A stretch of 46,029 bases of DNA, taken from NCBI GenBank assembly GCA_045576955.1, contig JAZNHM010000102.1:1-46029 (forward strand), in the 5' to 3' direction. Under the pieces are notes generated by a model. It saw nothing but the letters and a program-made list of their open reading frames with translations, was not told the DNA's origin and did not search any database. Below are positions 38,920 through 46,029 of the stretch, piece by piece; position 1 is the stretch's first letter, and each line of letters starts with the position of its first letter. The position numbers and the translations under genes were made by a program. This DNA is from Acutalibacteraceae bacterium (GTDB lineage Bacteria > Bacillota > Clostridia > Oscillospirales > Acutalibacteraceae).

Positions 38920-40034
38920 GAGGGTACCTCCCTTAATGCGCCGTTTTCAAATGAATAAACAGTTTTTGCTTTGTATCCTTCGGGTACGGTATGTTCAACA
39001 CGCACCGAGAATCCTTTTTCAACAAAGCTTTCAACAAGCGAAAGAAGAGATTCGCTTCTGTTTGCGGAATCGAAGATGATAAGAATATCGCTGTCGAACT
39101 CACGCTTTTTCTTGTAGTAAAGATTGAGATTGTCAAGATAGACAGCAAAACCGACTGCCTGGGTATTTTCTCTGAGCTTGCCTGCAAGCTTGTCATATCT
39201 TCCGCCTGAAAGAACAGCGGAGGGAGATTTTTCAACATAACCCTGGAAAATAATTCCGTTATAGTATTCGGTGTTGTTAAGTACTGAAAGGTCAATAAAG
39301 AGTCTGTCTGCAAGCTCACTCTTTCTGAGTGATGAGGCAATGAATTTAAGTTCGTCGCAAGCTCTCTTCATTTCGTCGTTACAAGCAAGAATGCAAAGAT
39401 TTTCAATTGCATCGTCAAGTTTACCGTTGATACTTGCAAGCTTTGAGAGAAGTTCTGTTTTTTCTTCGGATACACCGCATTTTTCACAGATTGTACGAAG
39501 GTCGTGAATATTCTTTCCTTTGACGCATTCAATTATATCCTTTTTTGTGTTTTCGCCTATTTCAAGCTCCGCGAGAAGTGAAGGAATAAATGCCATATGT
39601 GAAATTGAAAGAACGAAGTCCTTGTCAATCATTTTAAGGCTTTTTGCGGCAAGCATCAGCACTTCCGAAATAAGATACTCATCAACTTTGCCGAGCACCT
39701 CAACACCTGTCTGCTTGATTTCTTTGTAGTCCATAGAGCTGTCGCTCATTCTGAAAACGCTTTCGTTATAGTAAAGCTTTGTAAGAGAATCCGAAAGCTT
39801 TGCATTTTTTACGATTGAAAGGGTAATGTCGGGCTTAAGCGCCATAAGGCGGCCGTCCGAATTATTGAATGCAAGAATGCCTTTGCCGGAGAGGAAATCT
39901 CTGTTATCGCTGTAAAAGCTGTATTCCTCAAACTTTGCCATTCTGTATTCTTTGTATCCCCACTGCTTGTAGAGCATTGAAAGCTCATATGTGAGGCTGT
40001 CCTCTTTTGAAAGAGTAGCAAGAAATCCGTCCAT
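38913..40034 (-). CDS. hisZ: ATP phosphoribosyltransferase regulatory subunit
   Basis: HisRS-like LKPDITL, QTGVE, YYNGIIF, GGRYD, AVGFA. ATG 40034 follows RBS CAGGAG. Confidence 0.93.
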   Translation of the reverse strand: MDGFLATLSKEDSLTYELSMLYKQWGYKEYRMAKFEEYSFYSDNRDFLSGKGILAFNNSDGRLMALKPDITLSIVKNAKLSDSLTKLYYNESVFRMSDSSMDYKEIKQTGVEVLGKVDEYLISEVLMLAAKSLKMIDKDFVLSISHMAFIPSLLAELEIGENTKKDIIECVKGKNIHDLRTICEKCGVSEEKTELLSKLASINGKLDDAIENLCILACNDEMKRACDELKFIASSLRKSELADRLFIDLSVLNNTEYYNGIIFQGYVEKSPSAVLSGGRYDKLAGKLRENTQAVGFAVYLDNLNLYYKKKREFDSDILIIFDSANRSESLLSLVESFVEKGFSVRVEHTVPEGYKAKTVYSFENGALREVPSC

Positions 40035-40063
40035 AATATTCTCCTGATAATTAATGTGCATAC

Positions 40064-40092
40064 AGTATAGCACACTTTATTGTGTTAGTCAA
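40064..40092 (-). promoter_or_regulatory. Sigma-A promoter of his operon
   Basis: TTGACT-17-TATACT with TG extension, about 30 nt upstream of the hisZ start codon. Confidence 0.75.
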
Positions 40093-40116
40093 TTAGCGAT
40101 TTACTACGCTAAATTA
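40073..40116. promoter_or_regulatory. Tandem HisR (TrpR/YerC-like) operator candidates
   Basis: CACTTTATTGTGTTAGTCAA (40073-40092) and CGATTTACTACGCTAAATTA (40097-40116) resemble the Firmicute HisR palindrome YACTTTA-N6-TAAAGTR as I recall it. They overlap or adjoin the -35. Confidence 0.55.
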
Positions 40117-40160
40117 ATTTGTTTTGCAATTTTGTTTATGTAAAATATACAATAACAGTC

Positions 40161-40187
40161 AAAAAGCGCATGGCATAGCCACACGCT
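40161..40187 (-). terminator. Intrinsic terminator after DtxR/MntR gene
   Basis: Minus strand AGCGTGTGGC-TAT-GCCATGCGCT-TTTT. Confidence 0.75.
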
Positions 40188-40196
40188 GATTGTATA

Positions 40197-40559
40197 TCAC
40201 TTTTTTACAGCTTTGCAAAGGCATTCAAAACTTTCCTGGCTGATAACGTGCTCAATTCTGCAAGCGTCGATTGCTGCCTGGTCTGCGCTGACACCTATTC
40301 CGGTAAGCCACGCAGTAATGGTTTCGTGCCTTTCAAAGACTCTGTTTGCAATTTCGAAGCCCTTTTCTGTGAGTGTGATAAGACCGTCACCATCAGTCAC
40401 AATATAGCCGTGCTCTCTGAGATTTCTCATGGCAACGCAAATACTGGGTTTTGAATATCCAAGCTCAGTTGCAATGTCAACGGAACGTACGGTACCTTTC
40501 TTTTTATGGAGTATGAGTATCGTTTCAAGGTAGTTTTCAGCTGATTCGCCGATTATCAT
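40197..40559 (-). CDS. DtxR/MntR family metal-dependent transcriptional regulator (short form)
   Basis: ESAENYLETI, VRSVDIA, FERHE, DACRIEHVIS. ATG 40559 fits RBS GGAGA spacing. Confidence 0.93.
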   Translation of the reverse strand: MIIGESAENYLETILILHKKKGTVRSVDIATELGYSKPSICVAMRNLREHGYIVTDGDGLITLTEKGFEIANRVFERHETITAWLTGIGVSADQAAIDACRIEHVISQESFECLCKAVKK

Positions 40560-40594
40560 TTGTTTCACTCTCCATTCTTCATTGCAGTTTTAAA

Positions 40595-40623
40595 AGTATA
40601 TCATACATAAGTCTTATTTTCAA
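40595..40623 (-). promoter_or_regulatory. Sigma-A promoter of DtxR/MntR gene
   Basis: TTGAAA-17-TATACT with TG extension. Confidence 0.65.
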
Positions 40624-40635
40624 CTATAAATTTTA

Positions 40636-42990
40636 TTAATTACAATAAATTTTCTCGGCGTACCTGACTGAAGCCATTGCATCGCTTCCGTAGCTGTCGG
40701 CATCAATCATTGAGGCGTATTCCTCTGTCATAACAGCACCGCCGACCATAACTTTACATTCGGGAACAGATTTTCTGAGGAGTTTTATCGTTTCTTCCAT
40801 AGCGGGAACCGTTGTTGTCATAAGTGCGCTCAGACCGACAAGCCTTGAACCGTTTGATTTCACTGCGTCAACGATTGCTTCAGGCGGAACATCCTTGCCA
40901 AGGTCGATAACCTCGTATCCATAGTTTTCGAGAAGCACCTTAACAATATTTTTGCCGATATCGTGAACATCGCCCTTGACAGTTGCAATAACAACCTTGC
41001 CTTTTTTGCTTTCGCCTGAAGGAATTGCAGATTTGATGGATTCAAATGCTTCTTTAGCTGCTTGAGCACTCATAAGAAGCTGTGGAAGATAAACTGTTTT
41101 TTCTTCGAATCCTTTGCCGACTGTGTTGAGAGCAGGAATAATCATTCCGTCGATGATATCCATAGGAGATATCGATTTGAGAAGCTCTGATGCAACCGCA
41201 CCTGCCTGCTCTTTAAGACCGTTTATTATGCAGGAATCGAGAGAGATATCTGAATTTGATGCAACGGAAGTCTGAACAGGGGAATGCTTATCCGCAAATT
41301 CAATATAATCCGCACAGTTTTCGTCTTTTCCTGTCAGAGCCATAAAGCAATGCCACGCTTTCATCATTTCATCCGAAAACGGATTGATGATTGCACAGTC
41401 AAGACCGCACTGCATCGCCATTGTGTAAAATACGGAGTTGACGTCAGCTCTTGAAGGCAGACCAAATGAAATATTTGAAACGCCGAGACTTGTTTTGATG
41501 CCCATATTATGGAGCTTTTTTACGGCTTCAAGTGTTATATTTGCACTTTCGGAGTCGCTTGAAACAGCCATTGCAAGAGGGTCAACAATTATATCTTTTT
41601 CACAAATTCCGTAGTCTTTTGCACGAGTGATTATTTTTTTGGCAATTTCAATTCTTTCGTCAGCAGAAGCAGGAATTCCGTTTTCATCAAGGGTAACTGC
41701 AATAACAGCACCGCCGTATTTCTTAATCAACGGAAAGACAGCTTTCATGCTTTCCTCTTTACCGCTTACGGAATTAATTAATGCTTTGCCATTATAGATT
41801 CTCATTGCTTTTTCCATTGCAACGGAGTCAACCGTATCAATCTGCAAAGGAAGGTCGGTAACGCCCTGAAGAGCTTTGATAACATTTACCATCATAGCGG
41901 TTTCATCGATTTCGGGCAGACCGACATTGACATCAAGAATCGAAACGCCTTTTTTGTTCTGAGCAAGACCTTCGTTGAGAATGTATCCGATATCATTCTC
42001 ACGCAGAGCTTCTTTGAATCTTTTTTTACCGGTGGGATTGATTCTTTCACCGATAATAACGGGGATTTTACCGATTTCAACGGCGTGTTTGTATGATGAA
42101 ACAAGAGTGTGGTTTTTCTTTTCGGGAATTAAAAACGGAAGATTTTTTGTCTTTTCTACAGTTTTTCGGATGTGGTCGGGAGTAGTTCCGCAGCATCCGC
42201 CGATGATTGTTGCACCGGACTCGACAATGCTGCACATTATATTGGAAAACTCTTCTGCATCAATATCAAATACGGTTTCTCCGTTTTCGCTTCTGGGCAG
42301 ACCTGCGTTGGGATTAACGATAATCGGCACACTTGAATATTTTGCAAATTCAGGAACAATTTCCGCCATCTGCTTCGGTCCGAGTGAACAATTCATACCG
42401 ATTGCATCAGCACCGAGACCCTCAAGCATCGCAATCATTGCTTTGGGATCAGCACCCGTCATAAGCTTATGAGTTTCGTCATAAACGCAGGTGATGAATA
42501 CGGGCAAATCACAGCTTTCTTTTGCTGCCAGAAGAGCCGCTTTTGCTTCGTATGAATCGTTGATTGTTTCAATAAGAACGAGGTCTGCGCCCGCTTTTGC
42601 GCCGATTTTTATTGTTTCTGAAAATATTGAAACAGCATCCTCAAATTTCAGGTCACCGAGAGGTTCAAGCATTTTTCCCGTTGGACCGATATCGAGCGCG
42701 ATATATGCATCTTCATAGCCTTCGCAGGCTGTTTTTGCATTTTTGACTGCAGCGGTAACAATTTCTTCAAGATTATCGAATTTAAGGCGGTTTGCACCGA
42801 ATGTGCAGGTAGTGATAATATTTGCACCTGCCTCAAGATAAAGTCGGTGCATTTCAATTATTTTATCAGGGTTTGTTATATTCCATGTTTCGGGTTTTTC
42901 GCCTGCTTTGAGACCGCGCGACTGAAGAAGAGTTCCTGCACCGCCGTCGCAGTAAGTTATTTCGCTTTTAATTTTATCAAGTATATTCAT
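40636..42990 (-). CDS. metH: Cobalamin-dependent methionine synthase core (Hcy + folate + cap + B12 domains, no activation domain)
   Basis: DGGAGT, GMNCS, GGCCGT, IGERINPTG, GVSNISFGLP, YLPQLLMSA, GDVHDIGKNIV, LSALMTTT. Confidence 0.95.
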   Translation of the reverse strand: MNILDKIKSEITYCDGGAGTLLQSRGLKAGEKPETWNITNPDKIIEMHRLYLEAGANIITTCTFGANRLKFDNLEEIVTAAVKNAKTACEGYEDAYIALDIGPTGKMLEPLGDLKFEDAVSIFSETIKIGAKAGADLVLIETINDSYEAKAALLAAKESCDLPVFITCVYDETHKLMTGADPKAMIAMLEGLGADAIGMNCSLGPKQMAEIVPEFAKYSSVPIIVNPNAGLPRSENGETVFDIDAEEFSNIMCSIVESGATIIGGCCGTTPDHIRKTVEKTKNLPFLIPEKKNHTLVSSYKHAVEIGKIPVIIGERINPTGKKRFKEALRENDIGYILNEGLAQNKKGVSILDVNVGLPEIDETAMMVNVIKALQGVTDLPLQIDTVDSVAMEKAMRIYNGKALINSVSGKEESMKAVFPLIKKYGGAVIAVTLDENGIPASADERIEIAKKIITRAKDYGICEKDIIVDPLAMAVSSDSESANITLEAVKKLHNMGIKTSLGVSNISFGLPSRADVNSVFYTMAMQCGLDCAIINPFSDEMMKAWHCFMALTGKDENCADYIEFADKHSPVQTSVASNSDISLDSCIINGLKEQAGAVASELLKSISPMDIIDGMIIPALNTVGKGFEEKTVYLPQLLMSAQAAKEAFESIKSAIPSGESKKGKVVIATVKGDVHDIGKNIVKVLLENYGYEVIDLGKDVPPEAIVDAVKSNGSRLVGLSALMTTTVPAMEETIKLLRKSVPECKVMVGGAVMTEEYASMIDADSYGSDAMASVRYAEKIYCN

Positions 42991-43001
42991 AGCAATTCCT
43001 C

Positions 43002-43652
43002 TTATCTGTATGGGCAGTTATTGCCGCTGCAAATCATACATCCGGGTCCTGTGCATTTATTCTTTTCTTTGCCGATGCCGATAATTGCCGTAACGGATTT
43101 TACGGGCACCATCATCAGGCTGTCGGTAAGGCTCATTCCGATGTTTTTCTTTGTTTGTAAAAATTCAATGATATCTCGCTGGCATTCGAGTGGCATATCG
43201 CCGTAGCCTGGGCTGAATCTCGGTCTGAGGCATTCGCAATTTTTAAATGAAACGTTGATTTTGTTACAGAATGCCTCTATTGCTGCCGAACCTACGCAAT
43301 CTGTGACCATTCCTTTGAGTGGCGAGATTGTTGAATTGCGTTCAATGAGTCTGTGGGATTCGATTCCGGTTGTTGCGGCAAAAACATATGCTTTTTCACA
43401 GCCGTCAAGATTCTTTTTGAGTGAATTGCAGATGATTTTTCCGTTTCCAAGGTCGATTTCACCGTTTAAACCAACATCAACTTCCGCGAAACAAGCCCTG
43501 AAATCGGCGGAGTTAAGGAATTCTTCCGTACAATCTGCAATCAAATTATTTGTGTTTTCGTCTGTTTTAGCGGAATAATAGCCGAGATAAACCGCAACCT
43601 CCTTAGGGTCGATGTTTATTTCGGCTGCCGCTGATTTTACTATTTTAATCAT
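43002..43652 (-). CDS. Stand-alone methionine synthase activation (SAM-binding) domain protein with Cys-rich tail
   Basis: FAATTG, RFSPGYGD, MMVPVKSVTAIIG, C-terminal CTGPGCMICSGNNCPYR. Directly upstream of metH. Confidence 0.9.
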   Translation of the reverse strand: MIKIVKSAAAEINIDPKEVAVYLGYYSAKTDENTNNLIADCTEEFLNSADFRACFAEVDVGLNGEIDLGNGKIICNSLKKNLDGCEKAYVFAATTGIESHRLIERNSTISPLKGMVTDCVGSAAIEAFCNKINVSFKNCECLRPRFSPGYGDMPLECQRDIIEFLQTKKNIGMSLTDSLMMVPVKSVTAIIGIGKEKNKCTGPGCMICSGNNCPYR

Positions 43653-44200
43653 TGGGTTTTATCCTTGCTTTTAAAAATAATAAGTTTGCTGAAAACATAG
43701 TTAATGATAACAACTACAACACCAACAATGCATTTTGCAATAAAATCATTCCAAGTCAGGAGAGAAACCATAACAAACATCATCAGGGTTTCAACAAAAA
43801 ACGAAAAGATTCTTGCACCCATAAAGCCGACAAATTCTTTGCCCGCAACAGAAGGCTTCCAGCTTTTTGATTCGAAAACCCAGAGCTTGTTTGTTACAAA
43901 AGCGAAAACAACACCTGCAACCCACGCTATTGCGTTTGCATCAAGATATTCGCTTCCGCCGCTGAATATTTTGAGTATTGCAGAATCTTCGGGGATGATT
44001 GCATTGAAAACGCCGTCCCATCCTATGCTGATAAAAAGCTTCTTGAAAACATAAAATGTTGCAAGGTTTACAACGGTTGTCAGCACGCCGAAAAATACAT
44101 AGGTTATTATTTCTTTTGTGAAAAGCTTATCGATGATTTTGCCGATAAAACTTTCTTTTTTGAAAAACTTAAAAAGTAATTCTCTGATTTTATCAATCAT
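43649..44200 (-). CDS. GtrA family membrane protein
   Basis: YVFFGVLTTVVN, FAFVTNKLWVFES, FMGAR, INYVFSKLIIF. 4-nt overlap with the activation-domain gene. Confidence 0.9.
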   Translation of the reverse strand: MIDKIRELLFKFFKKESFIGKIIDKLFTKEIITYVFFGVLTTVVNLATFYVFKKLFISIGWDGVFNAIIPEDSAILKIFSGGSEYLDANAIAWVAGVVFAFVTNKLWVFESKSWKPSVAGKEFVGFMGARIFSFFVETLMMFVMVSLLTWNDFIAKCIVGVVVVIINYVFSKLIIFKSKDKTQ

Positions 44201-44238
44201 AATATTCTCCGTAAATAATCAATTGTTGTAATAACCGT

Positions 44239-44302
44239 ATTTTAAAACAAAATTATAATAAAGTCAATAAAGGCTTGCATTTTTGATACATTATGATAAA
44301 AT
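44239..44302. promoter_or_regulatory. Divergent sigma-A promoters (gtrA-met / DUF1624-mrp-serS)
   Basis: Minus: TTGACT-17-TAAAAT (44267..44239). Plus: TTGCAT-16-TAAAAT with TG (44275..44302). Confidence 0.55.
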
Positions 44303-44318
44303 ATTATGAGGTGAATTT

Positions 44319-45101
44319 ATGGAAGCATCTGTCAAAAACAGAATCCGACTGAATTTTCTTGACGAAATCAGGGGACTCGCGGTATTTTGTATGATTTTTT
44401 ATCACGCATTTTATATCTGCGGTTACTTTTTCGGTCATGAGTGGGCATCTCTCCTTTTTGATTTCTTTTTGCCTGTTCAGCCTTGGTTTGCCGGGATTTT
44501 TATTTTTGTTTGTGGAATTTCCTGCACGCTTTCAAAAAGTAATCTTAAAAGAGGGTTAGTTCTCCTCGGAGTTGCCGTCGGTTTTACTATCGTGACTGCT
44601 TTGATTCTTCCTATAATGGGATTTGAAGGGACTGAGGTTTATTTCGGCATTCTTCATATGCTTGCGGTTTCGGTTTTGCTTTATGCATTTACAGAGAAAA
44701 AACTCGGAAGGATTTCTCCGTTTGTGGGAATACTTCTTTGTGCGGTGCTTTTTGCATTCACAAGCGGGATTTCCGAAGGCAGACTCGGCTACGGAAATCT
44801 TATTAATATAATGCTTCCCGAAAGCCTATACGAGAATAATTATCTTATGCCTCTCGGCATATATGCACCATGGTTTTATTCGGCAGATTATTTTCCTTTG
44901 TTTCCCAATATTTTTATTTTTATTTCGGGTGCATTGGCGGGAAAAATATGTGCCGAAAGGGGATATCCGGAGTGGATTTATCCCAAAAGAGTTCCTTTTT
45001 TAGGTGTTCTCGGCAGACATTCATTAGTTATTTATATTGTTCATATGCCGGTGATTTTCGCTGTTGTATATGCAATTGATTTTATATTAAATATGTTTTA
45101 A
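44319..45101 (+). CDS. DUF1624 / heparan-alpha-glucosaminide N-acetyltransferase-like membrane protein
   Basis: LDEIRGLAVFCMIFYH, FIFVCGIS, FGILH, SADYFPLFP, LGRHSLVIYIVH. Confidence 0.88.
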   Translation: MEASVKNRIRLNFLDEIRGLAVFCMIFYHAFYICGYFFGHEWASLLFDFFLPVQPWFAGIFIFVCGISCTLSKSNLKRGLVLLGVAVGFTIVTALILPIMGFEGTEVYFGILHMLAVSVLLYAFTEKKLGRISPFVGILLCAVLFAFTSGISEGRLGYGNLINIMLPESLYENNYLMPLGIYAPWFYSADYFPLFPNIFIFISGALAGKICAERGYPEWIYPKRVPFLGVLGRHSLVIYIVHMPVIFAVVYAIDFILNMF

Positions 45102-45120
45102 CAGATAGGAGATAGAAAAA

Positions 45121-45951
45121 ATGAGCGAATCGTGTAGCGGCAATTGCGCAAACTGTGCAAGCAATTGCGATTCAAGAAAAGAAGCGCAGGATATGAGAAT
45201 TCCCTGCGGACCTTTTAGTAATGTTAAAAAAGTAATCGGTGTTGTCAGTGGCAAAGGCGGTGTAGGTAAGTCACTTGTTACTTCAATGCTTGCAAGTGCA
45301 ATGCAGGCGAGAGGTAATGCTTGTGCAGTGCTTGATGCCGATATCACAGGACCTTCAATTCCCAAGTCATTCGGTATTAAAGACAGAGCAAAGGCGGATG
45401 AATGCGGACTTCTTCCCGAAGAAAGCAAGACGGGCATCAAGGTTATGTCAATCAATCTTCTTCTTGAGAACGAGGAGTCGCCCGTTGTGTGGAGAGGTCC
45501 AGTTATTTCGGGCGTTATCCAGCAGTTCTGGAAGGATGTTGCGTGGGGCGACGTTGATTATATGTTTGTTGATATGCCTCCCGGAACGGGCGATGTTTCG
45601 CTGACCGTTTTCCAGAATCTTCCCGTTGACGGTATCGTTATTGTAACAACACCTCAGGACCTTGTAACAATGATTGTTAAGAAGGCTTTCAATATGGCGA
45701 AGCTTATGAATATTCCCGTTCTCGGACTTGTTGAGAATATGAGCTATGTTGTTTGCCCCGATTGCGGCAAGGAATTCAAGATTTTCGGCGAAAGCAAGAT
45801 TGATGAGATTGCGGCTGAACTCGGCGTACCTGTTCTTGCAAAGCTTCCCATTGACCCCAAAACAGCTTCGCTTGTTGATAAAGGCGCAATCGAGCTTGCA
45901 GACGATAAATATATCGCATCGGCTGTTGACTTTATTTCAAAAATAGACTAA
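45121..45951 (+). CDS. mrp: Mrp/NBP35 (ApbC) Fe-S cluster carrier ATPase
   Basis: SGKGGVGKS, DADITGPS, VWRGP, DMPPGTGD, ENMS, CPDC. Cys-rich N-terminus. Confidence 0.95.
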   Translation: MSESCSGNCANCASNCDSRKEAQDMRIPCGPFSNVKKVIGVVSGKGGVGKSLVTSMLASAMQARGNACAVLDADITGPSIPKSFGIKDRAKADECGLLPEESKTGIKVMSINLLLENEESPVVWRGPVISGVIQQFWKDVAWGDVDYMFVDMPPGTGDVSLTVFQNLPVDGIVIVTTPQDLVTMIVKKAFNMAKLMNIPVLGLVENMSYVVCPDCGKEFKIFGESKIDEIAAELGVPVLAKLPIDPKTASLVDKGAIELADDKYIASAVDFISKID

Positions 45952-45989
45952 AATTACGGATATAAAAACTTTCAGGAGTTGAAAAATAA

Positions 45990-46029
45990 ATGCTTGATAT
46001 CAGATTTGTAAGGGAAAATCCCGATATAG
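45990..46029 (+). CDS. serS: Seryl-tRNA synthetase, first 13 codons (runs off window end)
   Basis: MLDIRFVRENPDI is the characteristic SerRS N-terminus. RBS CAGGAG upstream. Only 40 nt visible. Confidence 0.75.
   Translation, partial: MLDIRFVRENPDI

Overview
Densely coding chromosomal segment, most likely from a Clostridia-class (probably Oscillospirales-like) gut or rumen anaerobe. The taxonomy is inferred from gene content, gene order and canonical sigma-A promoters. About 45 CDSs are present. Two are truncated by the window edges and missing from the ORF track: a GH2 gene at <1..1042 (-) and serS at 45990..>46029 (+). Contents: a ROK kinase/GmhA-like isomerase/GH2 sugar operon, DUF421-DUF4363, NfeD-SPFH, an ECF S-component plus TIGR01440 pair, a LacZ-type GH2 with a remodelled active site, an MBL hydrolase, a secreted LCAT-like lipase, MATE, an atypical DHDPS-family lyase, a membrane-anchored PP2C phosphatase with a Thr/Arg-rich tail, a lysophospholipase/BioY/BadF-kinase cluster, USP, tcdA-SBP-DAK2-recG, a permuted GH3, GH16, GH110, the hisZGDCBHAF(IE) operon with HisR-like boxes, a DtxR/MntR regulator, split methionine synthase, GtrA, DUF1624 and Mrp. 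I found no rRNA, tRNA, CRISPR array, mobile element, prophage, defence island or riboswitch, and intergenic gaps are all under about 180 bp. No clearly novel multi-gene system is demonstrated. The best leads are protein-level or context-level: the possible heptose-salvage operon, the receptor-like PP2C, the C6-subsite-altered GH2, the B6-linked ECF+YwlG pair and forespore-type promoters.
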